Assembly (NCBI GenBank): GCA_010356995.1
Contig: ML996696.1
Span: 932,364 to 996,363 of the forward strand
Length of the DNA stretch: 64,000 bases
Source of the DNA: Trichodelitschia bisporula
Taxonomy: Eukaryota
Direction: 5' to 3'
Shown: positions 58,343-64,000 of the stretch, one piece after another
How the letters are laid out: every line of letters starts with the position of its first letter
Position numbering within the stretch: the first letter of the stretch is position 1
The notes under the pieces: model-generated
Database searches by the model: none
Told to the model about the DNA's origin: nothing
Seen by the model: only the letters and a program-made list of their open reading frames with translations
Position numbers and translations under genes: made by a program

Positions 58343-59856
58343 TGTATGGCAAGACCAGAGTTGCTATGACTCGGCAAGAGTTTACTAGGCTCTAGGAGGA
58401 GCATAACGAAGAAAGGCAAGTGTTGCTGCTCCATCGTGCATTTTCTAATACGCTTATATAGCTGGCCGCGTCTTTCGTGCAATAGCGTATGCCAGCAGGG
58501 GACAATAATTCACCACCCATCGCCGGTGCACGAAGCTGTTGTTTCAGCAATTAATAGTGCATTTCAGAGTGTCCCCCGCACTTATGCGGATGTCCAGAGA
58601 CGTAAGCGATGACCCTTCCTTCGAATTTTGCGACATCATCGCTGGTATATAAGCTTACAATGAATGAATAGTACCCGGCGGGGCCAAAGAGCATCCCTAC
58701 AATTTGGTACCTCGAGGAAGACATGTTTAGGCGCGGATGCGAATGCATCTGAAATGACAACGGGTTCGCGGTCATGCTGCTTGGCGGCAAGCGTCAGACC
58801 CACAACCTTGCTGGTGAGCAGGAAAAGTGTCGCAAGGACCATCAAAATGATGCACGACTTGCTAGAAAAAACCTGACCTCCAAGTAAAGATCGGCATCTC
58901 TGAACTCCACAAGCTTCGGACGTTCCTTTGCGAGCGTGATGTTCGCTTTAGCATCAAGGCCTTGCACTTGATGTTTACGAGCGCCACTACTCTTATCACT
59001 GCCAACATCACTACACCCAGCCGATCTGAAGAGCATGTGGTGTATGACACCATAGGTTGCATGACGCCATGTGATGGAAGGTATGATACAGTGTATCGTC
59101 GCGACGAATGGATGGCCGGGTGCCTGAAACTTCAGGAAGAAGCTAAACAGCGCCAGCGAGAGCCTTCCATTTCTTCTAACGAAGGGCCTTACGCCCGTTG
59201 GCGTGAAGAGCCTGAACACAACAGACGCATCCGTCGTGACAGAGCAGGAGGAGCACAGCTTCCACCTTTGGCAGCTTAGCACGGAAGGGACACGACTTAA
59301 GTGTAAACATTGTAGCTTAGTTTCTCCTCCTCATCCGCCTTGACAGAATCGAAAGTTGTTTGTCTGTTTGACCTGACGTCAGTCAACCAGCGAGGTCTCT
59401 CGCAACCATCCTACTACCGTGTGTCCGTGTACATCAGCATCCCTATCATTCGGTACCTTGAGGGCTTGCTCACATTGGATTATCTGCTAAGAAGGTAGCG
59501 AAATTGTCTTGAGGAAATAACAGGGGCGGTGCTTGGAATTGAAACTTGTCAATGAAGGTGCTTCCTAGCTAAATAGTTTTTCATCCATTTCTTTCGACAT
59601 GGCAAACAGTTTTTGAAGTCAAAGGACCGATCCAACCCTAGAACCGCTGTTCAGTCGACTCTGACCCGGTTTCTAGTTCTAACTGTTCGGTGACCAGTGT
59701 ATAGCCGCCTAGGCACCGTGGCTTTTCTGAGCGGAGGCCGAGGGGAGTTCTCACCATTCTGTGGGATATAAGAGGCGCAGCCTGCTCCTCCTTGATTTTT
59801 GGGTCCAAGGGGTCCCTCTATGGTATGTTTATCGACGGGCTAGAAATGGCGTGATG

Positions 59857-60050
59857 GTTAGGTTGCCGCGTCATCAATTATGAATTCGGGGCCGCCCTGG
59901 GGAGGCGTAACAACGTACATGTAGACAAAAGACGACTACGACTTTGTGTGAGTTCGAAGGTGCCTCCCGAAAGTTTGTGGCTGCCCTCGCTGGCAAAGAT
60001 CCCCCATCAGGGCGGCTACGACTTCCTGATTAATGTGGCGGCGATCTAAC
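59857..60050 (+). repeat. Long imperfect inverted repeat (43-bp ungapped stem) enclosing about 108 nt
   Basis: 59857-59899 pairs with 60008-60050 at 37 of 43 positions, 4 of them G-U on the + strand. Confidence 0.8.
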
Positions 60051-60301
60051 AAGATCCAGCCCGAGAACCTACGTATCAAGGTCGTGGCACTAGAAGTATA
60101 TAAATGGCCACATAACTGCAGAGTTCCTCGAACCTCTTACAACTTCAATCCGTTCCTCTTCACAACTATATATTGACTGCCCGGGCGAGCGGTACGTAAT
60201 ACATCTCACGCCGCAAGAACGAAAAGAAAAACTCTCACCCAATCACTTACCAGGCTAACTTTGATAAGGCGACCTTTTCTCTTTCCATCAACAGCTTGAA
60301 G

Positions 60302-61428
60302 ATGATGGCACATGAGACGCCGGACTCAAGTCCGGAAAGCATCATTGCAGCTGTCTCCGAGTTAGGAATCGGCGGCACAACACCATCCTTGGATGTAGTA
60401 TTCAGCGGAGGCCAGTGTCAAATCTACAAGCTGAGCTTCGCAGACCACGAAAGTCTGGCCGTTCGCATTCCGCACCGTGTCGACGACAATCCAGATAGCA
60501 TCATCTACGGGCTCTACGCGGAATGGCAAGTCGTCCAGAAGCTCGAGGACAAGGGCTTCCGCTGGGCTCCCAGATGCCGAGGGCGCAGCCGGACTTTCGA
60601 CAACCCAGTCGGATATCCCTTTCTCGTCCTGACTTGGGTCGAAGGTTCGACACTACGCTGGGGCGAAAATGTTCCACCACAGCCTCAGCGAGATGAGCTG
60701 CTCTGGCAGCTAGCCGCCATACAGTTGTCTTTGATACACTGCACCCAGGAAGAAGGTACGTAAAGTGTTGCCCCTTTCACGTGGCGACCAAAAACAGCTC
60801 AACCAACTCTATTGTCTATAGGCTCTGTCACCGCGAACGAATTTTTCCAGAGACTCATAAAAAGCAGGCGGACTCGTGTTCTTGAAGGCAAGAGGCCTGG
60901 CCTTTCCGAGCAGGATTATGACGACTAGGAAGCTCTACTCCCTCGCGTTTTCAGTAGGCATGAATGCGACCGGCGGGTAGCTATGGATCATGGTGACATC
61001 AAGCCGGACAACATAATCGTGTATGCTGAGAATAACGTCAGATGGTACGTACGGGAGACGCATCATTTACCATGTCCCTTAGATGGCTAATCATCCGACA
61101 GCAGCATTATCGATTGGGGCTTTGCCAACATGGCTCCCTAGCCGCTGGCCTTCCCCGCTTTCTCTGGACCACTTTGCCCACGGCAGAAACTCGAAGGGAT
61201 AAGCAGGCATACGCAGCTTACTTCGCTTTCGCCGAGTCACATATGGCGCCGTACACGCTGTCAGTACAAATCGCTAGGGACGTTGATATTCGCACCCTGT
61301 ATGTGGAGTCGCTCTTCAGCAAAGGTATGCATGCTACCCTGGTGGCGAAGGGATGAGAGCTCCCTGGTTGCAAGCTCCCGGAGAATGAGGATGAGGAAGG
61401 CTCATGCCGCAACAACCAACTCCAATGA
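60302..61428 (+). pseudogene. Aminoglycoside-phosphotransferase (APH)/choline-kinase-like pseudogene; introns 60756-60821 and 61045-61101/61104
   Basis: GGQCQIYKL, LAVRIP, DNPVGYPFLVLTWVEG, HGDIKPDNIIV and IIDWGFA are present. The gene is disrupted by an in-frame TAG at 60926-60928, a stop/frameshift at 61139-61141 and TGA at 61354-61356. Confidence 0.85.
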
Positions 61429-61533
61429 TAGAGGGGAAACTAGGGGTATCATGGTAGGTGCTAAGGTCGCTGACCGGTGCAAGCATCTTTGTTCTTAACA
61501 CGGAGAAGGGGAAGTTCGCGGCTCGCCTTCTAT

Positions 61534-62597
61534 CTACGTTCCCGTCTGCTGGCCCTGCATAAAGCTCCAGGCATCGCCCTATCCCGCGTCAGCACCATCC
61601 CCACGCACCACAGGAACACACAACGCACCTTGTCCACAAACCTGAGCGCCTCCCACAGGCGCTCCGTCGGCCCCTCACCGAGCCACTGCGGCATCGTATC
61701 CTTGAGCCCATCCTCAAACTCCCACCCTTGCCCGCCCTCCACGTAAATGGCCTTCCCGGCCATGCTCCCATCCACCAGGAGGCCCAGCGTCGTAACCGCC
61801 AGGTCGTCCGGCACGTTCACCGCCAGCCCCTCGCGCCGGTAGTGCTGCACGATCCCGTCTGTCATCGCGCTCTCCGTCATGCCGGGGCACACGACGTTGA
61901 TGCGAATCCCTTCGCGCTCGAGGAGCGGCTTGCGCAGGCTGCGCATGAGGCCCTGGACGGCGTGTTTTGTGGCCTGGGAATTTGCTTCTAATTCAGATGC
62001 GGGATCAAGGTAACGTACCTGGTACACTGGCAGCCCCGGGCTCTCGCGGAACCCCGCCGCGCTACCGATCATCACCACGCTCCGGTCCTCGCCCTCGCTG
62101 CGCCCCTCACGCAGATACGCTAGCCCAACACGCACGAAATACATAACGCCCAGGAGATTAACCCTTACCGTCGCATCCGTCGGCAGTTGCTCCACATCCT
62201 TAACCCCCAATCCCGTGCCAAACCAATCCCCCCTCTCACCCACGCCAGCCACGGCAACCGCATGATCCACACGGCCGAAGCGCTCGAGCGCGGTGCGGAA
62301 GAGCGTTAGGTGGTCCGCGTAGTTCGTGACGTCGACGGGAACGAAGAGGACTCGGGTGGGGGAGTTGATGGACTGCGTTAGTGCGGTTCCGGCGGCCGAG
62401 TCGGAGTCGCCGAATACGACGCGCGCGCCGGAGCTGGCGAGGTGCCGGACGGTTGCGGCGCCGATGCCGTTGGCGCCGCCTGCGGGGTTAGTAGGGCGTG
62501 TGGGGGGGGGTATTGGGAGGGGGTTACCGGAGATGACGATAACTTTGTTGGTGAGGGCGTGAAAGGTTGATGGGGAGGGGTTGTAGACGTTTGACAT
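61534..62597 (-). CDS. Short-chain dehydrogenase/reductase; introns 62527-62480, 62018-61974, 61628-61579
   Basis: After splicing: VIVISGGANGIG (Rossmann), VNLLG, YQATKHAV (YxxxK) and IRINVVCPG. Confidence 0.9.
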
Positions 62598-63201
62598 GAT
62601 TGCAATTAGGAGCAGGGAGTTAGGGTTCGAAGTACGGATTATAGCTTAGACGCAGTATGGTGTTTAGAAGGGACTCTTCGATTTAATATAAGTATTTACC
62701 TACATATACACCCCGCTTCCCCGCATTCCATTTGGGCGGGTAAGGCGGAAGGCTGAGGATGTGGGGGTCGCATAAGCTTACCCGGCGCACGAGGCCAGCT
62801 TTTGCGGGCACCAAAGCTGAGACTGGAAAGCAAAAGGACAATCCGGGGTACTTCAGAGAGAACTTACGACGGAAGACTTTCGGATCGGATTTTTTGAGGC
62901 TAAAGTGAGGCCGTTGCTGGGACATCGGCGGAGGCTTGGCGGCTTGAGTATTCAGCCTCGTGGCAAGTCAACGGGCGGGCTCAACCTCAACTACGTCTCA
63001 AGTTCTAGTTCCCGCTCTAAAGATATTTGATCATACAGGGCCCATAAATGCTTGTTGAGTGACGTTGGAAGATTGGTCTAGAGGCGCGAAGTTCATAATT
63101 CAGTCATTGCACTATGCCATCAGGTCCACCTATTCCTACAGTCCCACCGCGCCGCACGTCCTAGCAAGTGTCCGCCATATCCAAGCCCAACTCACAGTCC
63201 C

Positions 63202-64000
<799 letters not shown>

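Overview
GC-rich, gene-dense eukaryotic DNA from a filamentous ascomycete (Pezizomycotina; the class cannot be fixed from sequence alone). About 19 intact, mostly intron-containing genes can be reconstructed by hand: a MEP ammonium transporter, RRP6, LST7/folliculin, MDM35, a GH17 glucanase, an MDR oxidoreductase, PDI1, ATG22, MED14, NoxB, a secreted Ser/Thr-repeat protein, VTS1, EMG1, a glyoxalase-like protein, a Pro-rich protein, a RING-H2 protein, an SDR and a partial CRAL-TRIO gene. There is also an APH-kinase pseudogene and a decayed accessory segment at about 56-61 kb. The most striking unexplained element is non-coding: a tandem array of four paralogous 140-170 nt hairpins at 12711-13330. 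Their stems have diverged in sequence but kept their pairing, with many G-U pairs on the + strand, as expected for a polycistronic microRNA-like (milRNA) or other structured-RNA locus. A separate 43-bp-stem hairpin lies at 59857-60050. Introns are very short (mostly 40-55 nt) and several use GAG or AAG acceptors. All family assignments come from recognising motifs by eye; no database search or folding program was run.
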